DNA from: a phage
DNA length: 64,000 bases
Direction: 5' to 3' (one strand)
Assembly (NCBI GenBank): GCA_024449565.1
Contig: GCA_024449565.1_4810.1
Positions 17,944 to 26,991 of the stretch are shown here, one piece after another; the first letter of the stretch is position 1, and every line of letters begins with the position of its first letter. The notes under the pieces are model-generated. The model was not told the origin of the DNA. It did no database searches and saw nothing but the letters and a program-made list of their open reading frames with translations. The position numbers were made by a program, and so were the translations under genes.

Positions 17944-18443
17944 TATTCCTCCACGACGCGATAAGCAATGATGTCATACCCCGATTCTTTATGACTCCAA
18001 CGGCATTTTTCGGATTCTGAAGGAAAAATCGTCTTTGTGCCTTGCCTTATTGCCACGCGGACTAATTTACCAGGCACAGGATTGCAGCCGCCAGCCCATT
18101 CAATCCAGCCGTCACTCGCCATCGGTTTATCCTTCAAGCACTCATGCTTCTCACCGATGTGGGCGACAGGTTGACGGCTTCCGTGATAGAATGCAAGCGC
18201 AACATCATGGCTTGGGTGAGTATTAGAAAGGCAAATGTCATCACACCAAAGCTCCATGGTGCGCGACTTAAGGGTCATGATATTGATATACCACTCGATG
18301 GTGTAGTGGTCATTAAGGTTGCCAACGATATAGAAGTTGCGACAAAACACCTTATCGCTATCTGACTTCTCGCGACGATAGCTTTTGATTGCGCCTGCCT
18401 TTACGGCCATTTCCAGTACTGCTTCGAGTTGTTCGATTTTCAT
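17943..18443 (-). CDS. hypothetical protein with one W-GG-NPVPG ... DIIAYRVV module
   Basis: C-terminal WAGGCNPVPGKLVRV ... YDIIAYRVVEE matches the repeat in the 15866 gene. Confidence 0.5.
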   Translation of the reverse strand: MKIEQLEAVLEMAVKAGAIKSYRREKSDSDKVFCRNFYIVGNLNDHYTIEWYINIMTLKSRTMELWCDDICLSNTHPSHDVALAFYHGSRQPVAHIGEKHECLKDKPMASDGWIEWAGGCNPVPGKLVRVAIRQGTKTIFPSESEKCRWSHKESGYDIIAYRVVEE

Positions 18444-18676
18444 TTCTTTACTCCGAGTTCAATTTGATAGCCGATTAACAATTCATTTTCGCCGATGGTA
18501 AATGCATCGACTGGCTGCGACATCACCGCTTTTAAATATACCTTCTTGCGCCGCTTTGCCTTGTACAAACAACGGTCGCCGCTGCGGTTGTAAATATTAA
18601 GCCAGGTGCGTTTACTAATCTTATGAGGCACATGCGGCTTGATGAATAATAAACGGGCTTTAAGATTTGATGTCAT
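18440..18676 (-). CDS. hypothetical early protein
   Basis: Tiled minus-strand ORF. Confidence 0.4.
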   Translation of the reverse strand: MTSNLKARLLFIKPHVPHKISKRTWLNIYNRSGDRCLYKAKRRKKVYLKAVMSQPVDAFTIGENELLIGYQIELGVKK

Positions 18677-18968
18677 AATATTTCCCTCCAGCCATATTCT
18701 CTTTAATTTCTTTTAATGCTGCACGACCTTTCTTTGTCATCACGACTGATGAATATCGGGTGGGGTCTTTCTCTCCTGGCACTTTCCAGTCAACAAGGCC
18801 CAGCCGGAATAAGACAGGAATTGATGGCGCGTTAACGTCGTGAAACAGTGAAGGCCGTTTCTCATAAGCCTTCTTGCAGTCGCCGCGCAACATGTATGAT
18901 GTGCTGTCTTCCATGCGATATAAGGTCTGAATCTGGGCTAGGCTTAATCTCATTGCTGTCTTCTCCAA
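18660..18968 (-). CDS. hypothetical early protein
   Basis: Tiled minus-strand ORF. Confidence 0.4.
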   Translation of the reverse strand: MEKTAMRLSLAQIQTLYRMEDSTSYMLRGDCKKAYEKRPSLFHDVNAPSIPVLFRLGLVDWKVPGEKDPTRYSSVVMTKKGRAALKEIKENMAGGKYYDIKS

Positions 18969-19135
18969 ACTGCGTGTAATGTTTTCTGGTCGAACTTGGA
19001 CAACGTTTCACGCTCCGAAGCCTTAAGGAATCGCGTGCCAAAGAACAGCATGCCTTGCGGCGTTTTAACGAGAGACACGCCTTTGTTACGGTAAAAGCTT
19101 ACCATTGCTGAAGCGTTATGGACTTCGGTACTCAT
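18950..19135 (-). CDS. hypothetical early protein
   Basis: Tiled minus-strand ORF. Confidence 0.35.
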   Translation of the reverse strand: MSTEVHNASAMVSFYRNKGVSLVKTPQGMLFFGTRFLKASERETLSKFDQKTLHAVWRRQQ

Positions 19136-19137
19136 AA

Positions 19138-19440
19138 TTAAATCCCCTTAAAAACAAAGCCGCTGATAACAGATTGATAGTAGGTCACGCCGCGCACCTC
19201 TACAACCTTGCAGCGATGGGCCTGGCCCTTATATTCTATCCACCAGACTTCCATATCAGGCAAGTTGTTGCGACGCGTCAACCAGCCGTGAAACAGCTTG
19301 TATGTTTCGCCGACCTTAAAAGGTTTCAGCGTACCGTAAGAATCAACCTTGAATGCGCAGACAACATCTTTGCTGTCTTTGTGTACAGCGTCATGAAATA
19401 ATCCGCTTCTGCCAAACCTTTCGTCGTAACTCATAATCAT
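19138..19440 (-). CDS. hypothetical early protein
   Basis: AAGGAGA SD; FKVGETY motif shared with the 17602 gene. Confidence 0.45.
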   Translation of the reverse strand: MIMSYDERFGRSGLFHDAVHKDSKDVVCAFKVDSYGTLKPFKVGETYKLFHGWLTRRNNLPDMEVWWIEYKGQAHRCKVVEVRGVTYYQSVISGFVFKGI

Positions 19441-19479
19441 TCTCCTTTGCTTGATGAACTAAGTATAATACAGGCAAAT

Positions 19480-19508
19480 AAAAAGGCAAGCATTTAGCTC
19501 ACCTTTTT
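19480..19508 (-). terminator. terminator-promoter unit (minus strand)
   Basis: Hairpin AGGUGAGC-UAAAU-GCUUGCCU (two G-U pairs) plus T-run on minus strand; TTGCCT then 16 nt then TATACT follows; 30-bp identical copy at 20733. Confidence 0.5.
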
Positions 19509-19511
19509 GAA

Positions 19512-19772
19512 TTAAATATTCTTCGCCTCTTCGTGAAGTCCGACCGACCTTAGTTTGCGCCGCAAGTAAGCTTTCTTTTCGCTCTCCCGCCCTTTCGGAG
19601 TAACGCGCCAGCGTAATGTGTTCTCCAGATTCTTGCGTCGGTTGTGCTCGTCGAGTAGCTCTACCAGTGCCTTTGCGTCGTCGAGTGTTAACACCACGGG
19701 CCGCGACCCATTAACGGCTTGTCGAAGCTTCCGCGCGGCAACGGCCAACTTGGTCATCGGACCCTTGTTCAC
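19512..19772 (-). CDS. hypothetical early protein
   Basis: Tiled minus-strand ORF followed by terminator. Confidence 0.45.
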   Translation of the reverse strand: MNKGPMTKLAVAARKLRQAVNGSRPVVLTLDDAKALVELLDEHNRRKNLENTLRWRVTPKGRESEKKAYLRRKLRSVGLHEEAKNI

Positions 19773-20152
19773 GGCAACTCCTTATTCATAGGCGTGATAG
19801 ACAACACCTTCACTTCAGTGATGTCACGGTTGTATTGGCGCTTGATTTGTAGAATCTGAGATTGGATGCGCGCAATAAAGTGCGACGTGATTCCTTCCTT
19901 AACGTTAATCAAGGCCGCAAGCTGAATTGAGTCGATGTCGCTTCTCAATGTTGTTGGACAGTAAATCGTACTTGGTGCGCCGTAAGCCCGTTGCACTTCA
20001 TAAGCAGAAGCTTTGAATGACACAAGAAACATTCTTTCTTCAAGTTGGCTTTCGCTTCTTGGATTCTTATCGCAACCAGACATGTGTTTCACAAACTCTT
20101 CATGCGGAAGGTGCATGACGTCGTGGCAATAAGGGCAGCGTTTCATTCTCAT
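19769..20152 (-). CDS. hypothetical protein with N-terminal Cys/His cluster (zinc-finger-like)
   Basis: CPYCH ... H ... C pattern in first 30 aa. Confidence 0.4.
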   Translation of the reverse strand: MRMKRCPYCHDVMHLPHEEFVKHMSGCDKNPRSESQLEERMFLVSFKASAYEVQRAYGAPSTIYCPTTLRSDIDSIQLAALINVKEGITSHFIARIQSQILQIKRQYNRDITEVKVLSITPMNKELP

Positions 20153-20385
20153 TTTGCATACTCCATAGCATATTGCTGCAGCTTAAATGCAGCCTTGTTC
20201 AATTGTTTGTGCCTTGCGTACAAGCGCTCACGTTCTTCTTCAGGGCAATCGGCACGAAGAATAGTCATGGCAATACTTGACATCGCATTAAGGGTGCGCT
20301 GAAAAGCCGACACCATGCGCAGCTCATTACGCTTGTTGAAAGACAACTTACCCAGCGCGACATTCATAATTGCACCTCGACACAC
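20149..20385 (-). CDS. hypothetical early protein
   Basis: Tiled minus-strand ORF. Confidence 0.4.
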   Translation of the reverse strand: MCRGAIMNVALGKLSFNKRNELRMVSAFQRTLNAMSSIAMTILRADCPEEERERLYARHKQLNKAAFKLQQYAMEYAK

Positions 20386-20681
20386 GATTCACTAGCCTTG
20401 AAGCTCCATCCTTCCAGACCGACTTCGCCGCAACAGCGCACCTTTGCCCATCCAGTCATGAGCCATTGGTGATACTTTTCGAAGTAGGTCGGCTTTTCTG
20501 AATAACAATGTATGAGGCCGTCATTGTCAATGGCCACGTAACGCGTCCAAGGCGCAACGGGTACAACTACGTCGCCGTGGTCCTCTGGCCAAGGCTTGAT
20601 GTGTACAGCTGTGTTCAAGTCTACGTTTAACACGCTTCCTAACCGCTCGTCTTGTTCCTGGTCGATGCCTAAGTAAATCAT
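20364..20681 (-). CDS. hypothetical early protein
   Basis: Start trimmed to ATG MIYLGID with GAGGTGA SD (track ORF begins at a TTG inside the terminator). Confidence 0.4.
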   Translation of the reverse strand: MIYLGIDQEQDERLGSVLNVDLNTAVHIKPWPEDHGDVVVPVAPWTRYVAIDNDGLIHCYSEKPTYFEKYHQWLMTGWAKVRCCGEVGLEGWSFKASESCVEVQL

Positions 20682-20731
20682 AATCACCTCACTTGTTCGT
20701 CTTGATGAAAAGAGTATAATTATTGATAAAA

Positions 20732-20760
20732 GAAAAGGCAAGCATTTAGCTCACCTTTTT
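20732..20760 (-). terminator. terminator-promoter unit (minus strand), copy 2
   Basis: Same hairpin as at 19480; on minus strand TTGCCT then 17 nt then TATACT follows. Confidence 0.5.
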
Positions 20761-20765
20761 GATAT

Positions 20766-21098
20766 TCATTTTACATAGTGGAGTAGGTCAATCTCTATCT
20801 GTTCACGTGTCCTTGTTATCTTTGTATCACCCGTCCGGTGAGAGAATCGATAGATGGTCAACTCTCCGTCATTTCCTCTGTCAAACTTCATGCTGGCTAG
20901 TCTACAAGCATATATTGCATTAAGCCTTTCGCCATAAGACAGAAGATTGAAGGTCAATACTGTGTTGCCCATTCTTGCATTTTCTTTTATGCACTTCTTT
21001 AAGAAGTAATAAGAATCAGCAAATGCATTGGCCTTCTTCCACACTTCCTTTATCAATCCACGCTCATGCGCGGCGAGTATTTGATCACGGGTCATCAC
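20766..21098 (-). CDS. hypothetical early protein
   Basis: Tiled minus-strand ORF followed by terminator. Confidence 0.45.
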   Translation of the reverse strand: MMTRDQILAAHERGLIKEVWKKANAFADSYYFLKKCIKENARMGNTVLTFNLLSYGERLNAIYACRLASMKFDRGNDGELTIYRFSHRTGDTKITRTREQIEIDLLHYVK

Positions 21099-21331
21099 TG
21101 CACCTCTGTTATTCCGGTGATACGAACGATTACGGTGTCATCTAAATTGAACTGCTGCCGCGCGACGCGCTTGATGTCGTCCTTAAGGTCCGCAATCAAC
21201 TCCCTTGTTAACACTGTACGCTCTGAAACGTCATATTGAACGTCAAAGGTATACTCGCCATAAAATACCGCGCCATTGGGAAGTTGCACGACATAGAATG
21301 CCATATACATGGCGTTAATATAATCTTCCAT
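21095..21331 (-). CDS. hypothetical early protein
   Basis: Start trimmed to ATG MEDYINA, TAATG overlap with upstream stop. Confidence 0.35.
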   Translation of the reverse strand: MEDYINAMYMAFYVVQLPNGAVFYGEYTFDVQYDVSERTVLTRELIADLKDDIKRVARQQFNLDDTVIVRITGITEVQ

Positions 21332-21678
21332 TACACATTCTCCACGGGTCGACGGATGAGTTTGCGTAATCCTTCGGGCCAGACCTTCTTGATGACGGCT
21401 TTTGCTGGGCTGGATGAAAGCTTCTTCAGCTTCAATAGGACACACCCTTCATCATCGTTCGGTTGCACCTGGATAACGACTCGCGCTTGTCGGTCGATGA
21501 CCATGACATCCCCAACGCGGATGTCTTTCACCAACACGCCCATCTCTTTCGTACCGGATATGCCAATCACGTGGTCGCAACGGACTCGCGACGGTATCAA
21601 CGTACCGCCTTCAGCCATCTCACGCACGCGCTTCTTAATCTCTGCGCCATACAACGTTTCATCTTTAACATGAGCCAT
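21331..21678 (-). CDS. hypothetical early protein
   Basis: Tiled minus-strand ORF. Confidence 0.4.
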   Translation of the reverse strand: MAHVKDETLYGAEIKKRVREMAEGGTLIPSRVRCDHVIGISGTKEMGVLVKDIRVGDVMVIDRQARVVIQVQPNDDEGCVLLKLKKLSSSPAKAVIKKVWPEGLRKLIRRPVENV

Positions 21679-22159
21679 GGTCGAGTACCTTATAAAGAGT
21701 GCAAGAAGGACTGCTGAATTCCCTTAATGCATAAGCCACGTTCAAGCTGCCAGGTTCTTTCTTTGCGTTTGTCACTTCCATGCATTGGCAGCCGTTTATG
21801 CTGTATCGTCTTACTACAACAGCATTGAAAATCTGACTGCCGTAATAGACGCAGACGATAACATCACCGACTTCTATTTTATCAGCCGGAACAGGCTTAA
21901 GGCGCGGCTTTTTATCAACATAAGTCTTGATAGGAACTTGTACGCAACGAGATTGATGGTAAATAGGTCTTGTTGCACCCTTGACGTTGCGCTTCAGCAA
22001 TTCATCAATGGCATAGTCAACATCATCACTTTCAAACTCCTTCATGATGAAGTCTCTTACCCTTACACGAAGGTTAACATCTGCTTCTGCACGTCTCAAT
22101 GCGTGTAAAATTTCTTCAGCTTCTTCTTTGTTCAACATTAAAGGGCGATGTATGATCAT
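21665..22159 (-). CDS. hypothetical early protein
   Basis: Tiled minus-strand ORF. Confidence 0.45.
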   Translation of the reverse strand: MIIHRPLMLNKEEAEEILHALRRAEADVNLRVRVRDFIMKEFESDDVDYAIDELLKRNVKGATRPIYHQSRCVQVPIKTYVDKKPRLKPVPADKIEVGDVIVCVYYGSQIFNAVVVRRYSINGCQCMEVTNAKKEPGSLNVAYALREFSSPSCTLYKVLDHGSC

Positions 22160-22161
22160 AA

Positions 22162-22425
22162 TTAACCTCTGATTTGTGACACAAAACGTTTATAATGTTC
22201 TTTGGCCAGGACGCGTGCGCGCTCTTTCGTATGGCCGCTGGCTTCAAGTACGCGGCGAAGCTGCTTGATTGCGTCTGCCTTGCTGATTTTATTATTGCTA
22301 AATTGATATTTATTCATTTCTTCATCTTCTCTCAATTCTGATTCAAAATCCAAACAATCTTCTTCGCCACTTCTCGTTTCGAGAAATAATTTGCACTTGC
22401 CTTTTATCATAAGTTTGTTATTCAT
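22162..22425 (-). CDS. hypothetical early protein
   Basis: Tiled minus-strand ORF. Confidence 0.4.
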   Translation of the reverse strand: MNNKLMIKGKCKLFLETRSGEEDCLDFESELREDEEMNKYQFSNNKISKADAIKQLRRVLEASGHTKERARVLAKEHYKRFVSQIRG

Positions 22426-22643
22426 GCTTCACAAGCCGCCTTAATTTGACGTGGAGTAACGATGACCACTTCACCAACCAGTGACTTGTCATCTTCTTTT
22501 ACCGTATCGATTCGAACGCGATAGTGATTGCGACCGCGCGAATCAGTAAGGTGTTGATCCAGCTCAAGGATGGTTCCTGCACGCATGTGATGTCCTGATA
22601 TCCAACGGATACGGTCGCCAGCCTTAAGGGTTTTCTTGCTCAT
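22422..22643 (-). CDS. hypothetical early protein
   Basis: Start trimmed to ATG MSKKTLK to remove overlap with the 22651 gene. Confidence 0.35.
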   Translation of the reverse strand: MSKKTLKAGDRIRWISGHHMRAGTILELDQHLTDSRGRNHYRVRIDTVKEDDKSLVGEVVIVTPRQIKAACEA

Positions 22644-22650
22644 CTTCAAC

Positions 22651-22929
22651 TCACTTATAATATTTAAACATAGCCGCGCAAAAGTCTTGCATGGCATTCT
22701 TAATTTGCTTCTTAAACAACGGGTCATGCATCGTTTCAACATTCGTCTTAATCCGAACGTGACCGATAACATCAAACGCAGTCGCTGGCATCGGCTCATA
22801 GATTTCATGATCGTTCAAGATTATATCTAGCTTTGACTCAGAAATCACGGGATAATTCTTGCCAGCAGTAAATTGGTCATCAATAGGTGATGTGCACTTG
22901 ACAAAGAATACTTTGTATGTAGTAATCAT
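22651..22929 (-). CDS. hypothetical early protein
   Basis: Tiled minus-strand ORF. Confidence 0.4.
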   Translation of the reverse strand: MITTYKVFFVKCTSPIDDQFTAGKNYPVISESKLDIILNDHEIYEPMPATAFDVIGHVRIKTNVETMHDPLFKKQIKNAMQDFCAAMFKYYK

Positions 22930-23135
22930 AGAGAATCCTTCGGGCCGCAGTAGCGCCCGTCCAGGTAGCGGTCATATTGGATTAAAGCGAATGTTTTCAG
23001 CGAAAGGTTACGGCGCTTAAACAGATGACCAGTTGCTGGATTCTGCTCGTGCGCCGTTGGATAAAGGCGTGACAGGTAGTGGATGAGGACTTGCAAAGCC
23101 CTACGTTGATTTGTTATTCTCCCCTGTGTATTCAT
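22926..23135 (-). CDS. hypothetical early protein
   Basis: Tiled minus-strand ORF. Confidence 0.35.
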   Translation of the reverse strand: MNTQGRITNQRRALQVLIHYLSRLYPTAHEQNPATGHLFKRRNLSLKTFALIQYDRYLDGRYCGPKDSL

Positions 23136-23325
23136 GGCTGAATCTACCCTCTGTCAATATCCGGTCATGGATGACTATACCAGTACAGCGCAGGCGGTTG
23201 GCATTGCTTCGCGCCTTTGCTGCTTGATGAGGATTGAACAAGCCAAACAAACTAGCCTTAAAAGCAAACTGGTAATATTTGATTAAGGTACTAAGTGCTA
23301 ACTCAATCCTGTCTAAATTAATCAT
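23101..23325 (-). CDS. hypothetical early protein
   Basis: Tiled minus-strand ORF. Confidence 0.35.
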   Translation of the reverse strand: MINLDRIELALSTLIKYYQFAFKASLFGLFNPHQAAKARSNANRLRCTGIVIHDRILTEGRFSHEYTGENNKST

Positions 23326-23364
23326 AATATCACCTCGTCAGAAAAGCAAATATTTTGATGATAA

Positions 23365-24012
23365 TTATCCTGTGGCCTGCATATTGCGTACATACTTCTG
23401 CTCTAATGAATAGATGAAGTCGGCGACAGTCAATCCCTTCGTGTGCCATTCATACATGGTGAAGCCTGTATTCAGGAAATAGCCGCGCACTTTATCCATT
23501 GCTTCAGCTTCCTCCATTGAAGCCATCAGCGCGGCGACGTTGTCATAAGAAGGCACAAATCCCTTCTTGCGTAGCGCATTGCGCAAATCTTTAGTTCTGA
23601 ATCCAATCTTGCAAGGGTCATCACGACCAGTAGATGATGCAACCTTTGGTAGCGCAAGGAACTCTTTAAGGAACATTGCAATGTTCAAGTCGCCTGCGTC
23701 ATCAAGCTTCTGGATTCGGTTGCGACCGCGACCCTTGAATTCACTTGCGCGAGGGTGAGTGCCAAAACAGTGCGCACCTTCCAGTTTAGGGTCGATGATC
23801 ATTACATCTTTACCAATGCGCAGCTCTACGTAGTAAAGATAAGACTCATCGACAAGCTTTGTACGCTTGCAAGTGATTGAGTCCTTATCATAACCAAAGC
23901 CACGCAACACGGTTGAAATCATCCGGTTCATTTCTTCGCCGTGAACATCACTTTCTTTGTTCAGTTCACCAAGATGTTGAAAGAATTTAGCGATGTTGAT
24001 TGCTTTATTCAT
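23365..24012 (-). CDS. hypothetical protein
   Basis: 215-aa ORF adjacent to the VirE-like gene. Confidence 0.45.
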   Translation of the reverse strand: MNKAINIAKFFQHLGELNKESDVHGEEMNRMISTVLRGFGYDKDSITCKRTKLVDESYLYYVELRIGKDVMIIDPKLEGAHCFGTHPRASEFKGRGRNRIQKLDDAGDLNIAMFLKEFLALPKVASSTGRDDPCKIGFRTKDLRNALRKKGFVPSYDNVAALMASMEEAEAMDKVRGYFLNTGFTMYEWHTKGLTVADFIYSLEQKYVRNMQATG

Positions 24013-25682
24013 CAGAATTCATCCTTATCTCTTCCCAAAGAACGTTTACGTTCAATAACCTTCTTCAAGAACTCAATATCTTCAGGGTCAGACTCATCGC
24101 GGATAAGATACGCTAAGATGGTCATCAAGTCAGAAATGTATTCCCCTGCTTCATTCTTAATCAGCGGCGTAAAGTAACCGCGCTGGTTGCGATAGGTCGC
24201 AGGTTCAAAGCCAAGCTTTGACATGTGCGGCGCAAGGGTACGAGAGAAAGGCGACTTGCCGCACTTCGCTCTGAATCCCATAGCGATAGCACCACTGGTA
24301 ATGTGCCAGCGTCCGCTGTGATGTCGGTCATAAGGCGCGGTGATGACGACTTCAACAAGGTCGTTGTCAACCATCTCATCACGGATAACGCCTCGCGCAC
24401 GTTCCATTTCATTCTTGCTGAACTCAGTAAGCATGCGAGATGTTTCACCAACAAACGCGTTATAGCCTGCTTCGCCGTGCTTCTCCATCCACGCAGCACA
24501 CTCAGCCATCAACTGCCAAACGTCTTCTTTCAAAGTAGAAAGGTCAGCTTGGAAGTCTTTCGACCAGTTCGGTTGCCCGTCCTTATCAGCGAGTTGGCCA
24601 ACAAAGATAGGATACACACGACGGTTGCCTGTGTCATCACGTTGCATGCCTGCGTATTCGTTGCCGTCCATGATAGCAATCCACTGGCGTGGTTTCACCT
24701 GCGTATCTTCAAATTTGAAGTCCAGGTCGTCTTCCGTCTTAGTCAGGAATGCTTTCATGTTTTCGATGTCGGCCTTTTTAAAGCCTGTCATCTCGCCGAC
24801 GTTCGCGATAATTGAGCGACCCGTAATAGCTCGCAAGAACGGGTTGAAGTTCTGCGCGGCTAAGTTCAACGGAATCGGTGTTGCGTGGCGGTCGTTCATA
24901 ATAGCTTCGCAAAGCAGCTTGCTAAAATAACTCTTGCCTGCGTTCTGGCCGCCGATGAGCGCGATGGAGATTGGCGCTTGACAGCCAGGGTTGGTCAGGC
25001 GGTTGTAGAGCGATAGCCAAAAATACACACCGATTTGTCGGTTTAACTCTGTATCGAACGGTCGGAATAGCTCGATAAGGTATTTCTCGATGCGCGCAGT
25101 ACCGTCCCATTCAGGCAGCTTCTTGTAGAAGAAGTCCATCAGGTCGTCACGCTGATAACGCATGGCCCATTCCTTATAGGATTGAGCGACCTGACGTGAG
25201 TTTGGGTTGGACAGTCCTGCTGCGTCGACAGCGGCAACTATCTCTGTGACTTCTAAGGTACGGTCAGTGAATGTTTCGCCGCGATGGTCGACTAAGCGCC
25301 CACGAAAAGTATCTTTGTGAGGGAATGGAACAACGCCACTTCCCTTATCAAACAACGCGTCGAAAACCGCATAACGGTTCATGTCACTTGTCCGGTCTGC
25401 CTGTAGAACGAAGTCATCTTTGGTCGGCTTGTAGTGAGGGAACTTGATTACCTGAAGTGAGGCGAGCAAGCGTGCTCTTTCAACCAAGTCTTCTTCACCG
25501 TAGCATTCCATGCGCTCTGAATCTTTTTCAACGGCTTTATGTTGAAGGCTGATTTTAGCTCTGGTGCCTTGCTGCTCTGCTGCCTGCATTTCTTCCGAAA
25601 CGCCTGCATCTTGAATTTCGTCAAAGATTGCACCAAATTCATCACCTGTATCCTCTGGAAGATTGTCATTATTAATTGACAT
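24012..25682 (-). CDS. VirE-like / P4-type primase-associated P-loop ATPase (putative replicative helicase)
   Basis: Walker A IGGQNAGKSYFSKLL; 556 aa; adjacent to primase-polymerase-like gene. Confidence 0.55.
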   Translation of the reverse strand: MSINNDNLPEDTGDEFGAIFDEIQDAGVSEEMQAAEQQGTRAKISLQHKAVEKDSERMECYGEEDLVERARLLASLQVIKFPHYKPTKDDFVLQADRTSDMNRYAVFDALFDKGSGVVPFPHKDTFRGRLVDHRGETFTDRTLEVTEIVAAVDAAGLSNPNSRQVAQSYKEWAMRYQRDDLMDFFYKKLPEWDGTARIEKYLIELFRPFDTELNRQIGVYFWLSLYNRLTNPGCQAPISIALIGGQNAGKSYFSKLLCEAIMNDRHATPIPLNLAAQNFNPFLRAITGRSIIANVGEMTGFKKADIENMKAFLTKTEDDLDFKFEDTQVKPRQWIAIMDGNEYAGMQRDDTGNRRVYPIFVGQLADKDGQPNWSKDFQADLSTLKEDVWQLMAECAAWMEKHGEAGYNAFVGETSRMLTEFSKNEMERARGVIRDEMVDNDLVEVVITAPYDRHHSGRWHITSGAIAMGFRAKCGKSPFSRTLAPHMSKLGFEPATYRNQRGYFTPLIKNEAGEYISDLMTILAYLIRDESDPEDIEFLKKVIERKRSLGRDKDEF

Positions 25683-25818
25683 TTAATCCTCCTGATACGG
25701 CTTTGTTATATTGTTGCATGGATATATCCTTTCAGGGTGCGGTAAATAAACGCCAGAAATCTGGCGTTGTATATTAATATAGTAAAACTCAATTTAAAGC
25801 AATATAACTGGTGAACTA

Positions 25819-26109
25819 TCAGCAAGGAAATTGGTCAGCGTATGCCTTTCTCAATTTGTTTACTGATTGAACAGCATGAAGGTATTGGCAATCGGTGAAG
25901 ATGCGGCGCAAATGATCCATAGAAGACAGGTCATCGTTAGTAACCACCAGAATCTCTTCCGAAGGGCAGCCAGCTTCTTTGACAATCTCATTAAGATTTT
26001 CGCCACTAATTTCTTCAACACGTTTCACCTCATCGATACCGTAAACATCAACGGCAACTTCGATGTCGTCATCGCTGATATTTTCACCATAAAGAATTAC
26101 AATATTCAT
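25819..26109 (-). CDS. hypothetical protein
   Basis: 96-aa ORF; start overlaps the stop of a small downstream peptide gene (ATGA). Confidence 0.4.
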   Translation of the reverse strand: MNIVILYGENISDDDIEVAVDVYGIDEVKRVEEISGENLNEIVKEAGCPSEEILVVTNDDLSSMDHLRRIFTDCQYLHAVQSVNKLRKAYADQFPC

Positions 26110-26210
26110 TTACTCACCCCTGCCAAATAATATGCCATATCCAATACATATAATAGCCCCAGGATGATAACAAGGGAAATGATTAATGTGTATTTCTTTA
26201 CGGCTTTCAT
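26106..26210 (-). CDS. small hydrophobic peptide (34 aa, below track cutoff)
   Basis: MKAVKKYTLIISLVIILGLLYVLDMAYYLAGVSK; stop overlaps the next start codon. Confidence 0.3.
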   Translation of the reverse strand: MKAVKKYTLIISLVIILGLLYVLDMAYYLAGVSK

Positions 26211-26228
26211 AAGTATCTATACCTAAAT

Positions 26229-26492
26229 TTACTGTTGAGGATCACCAATGGAGTCTGTCGCATCCCATTCAACGCGTGCTGTGCGTTCTGCTGGTGGGCA
26301 ACCTTCGCCAGCTTGAAGCTCAACAACACCTTCATGAGAGCAGCACTGGCACTCTACAAGGTCGCCATCTTCCCAGGCACCTTCCTCCGCGTTGCGATGC
26401 TGCCGCACCTTGATAACATCGCTTGCACAGTTAGGACAAGTCGAGAGATTGCTGGTAACGTTCCAGGTGAACTCGTTACGGAAAGCACCCAT
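26229..26492 (-). CDS. Cys-rich small protein (zinc-ribbon-like)
   Basis: Start trimmed to ATG MGAFRNE; CPNC ... CQCC pairs. Confidence 0.4.
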   Translation of the reverse strand: MGAFRNEFTWNVTSNLSTCPNCASDVIKVRQHRNAEEGAWEDGDLVECQCCSHEGVVELQAGEGCPPAERTARVEWDATDSIGDPQQ

Positions 26493-26493
26493 G

Positions 26494-26784
26494 CTACACC
26501 TCTTGATCTCTTTGCTGTTGAATCGCGGCTGAAGCTTCGTCAAAATTGACTGGCTCAACGGTGAACGTTGCACTGACCGTAAGGTTTTTAATAGTCAGCA
26601 GCGTATTGAATCGTTCGGCCTGAAGATTCATAGCGACATGCGTGGATACGTTAAGGATTGCCCCAACAACTTCCTCCACTGCGTAGCCTGCAAACAAAGG
26701 AAGAATCTGGTTGACAAGCTTAAGCTCGTTTTCAACACGAAGATTTTGTGCTTCTTCAACGGTCATCATTTTTGGTTCGTTCAT
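26494..26784 (-). CDS. hypothetical protein
   Basis: Tiled minus-strand ORF. Confidence 0.4.
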   Translation of the reverse strand: MNEPKMMTVEEAQNLRVENELKLVNQILPLFAGYAVEEVVGAILNVSTHVAMNLQAERFNTLLTIKNLTVSATFTVEPVNFDEASAAIQQQRDQEV

Positions 26785-26786
26785 TT

Positions 26787-26933
26787 TTATTCCTTAACAA
26801 ATTCAGAGTAGTGTTGGGCCGCAGCCGCTTGATGGTGAGCCATGACTCCTTGAAGGGTCGGAAGCTCTGCTGGTTTAGGTTCTAACGACTTTAACAGACA
26901 TTCAACCTCGATGTTCAATTCTTCGCTTTGCAT
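26787..26933 (-). CDS. small protein (48 aa, below track cutoff)
   Basis: ATG at 26933 preceded by GAGGTGA SD; stop abuts the start of the 26494 gene. Confidence 0.4.
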   Translation of the reverse strand: MQSEELNIEVECLLKSLEPKPAELPTLQGVMAHHQAAAAQHYSEFVKE

Positions 26934-26991
26934 GAATCACCTCTGCTTCAGTTCATAAAATGATTATAGTTGCTATGAAAATAAAAGCAAA

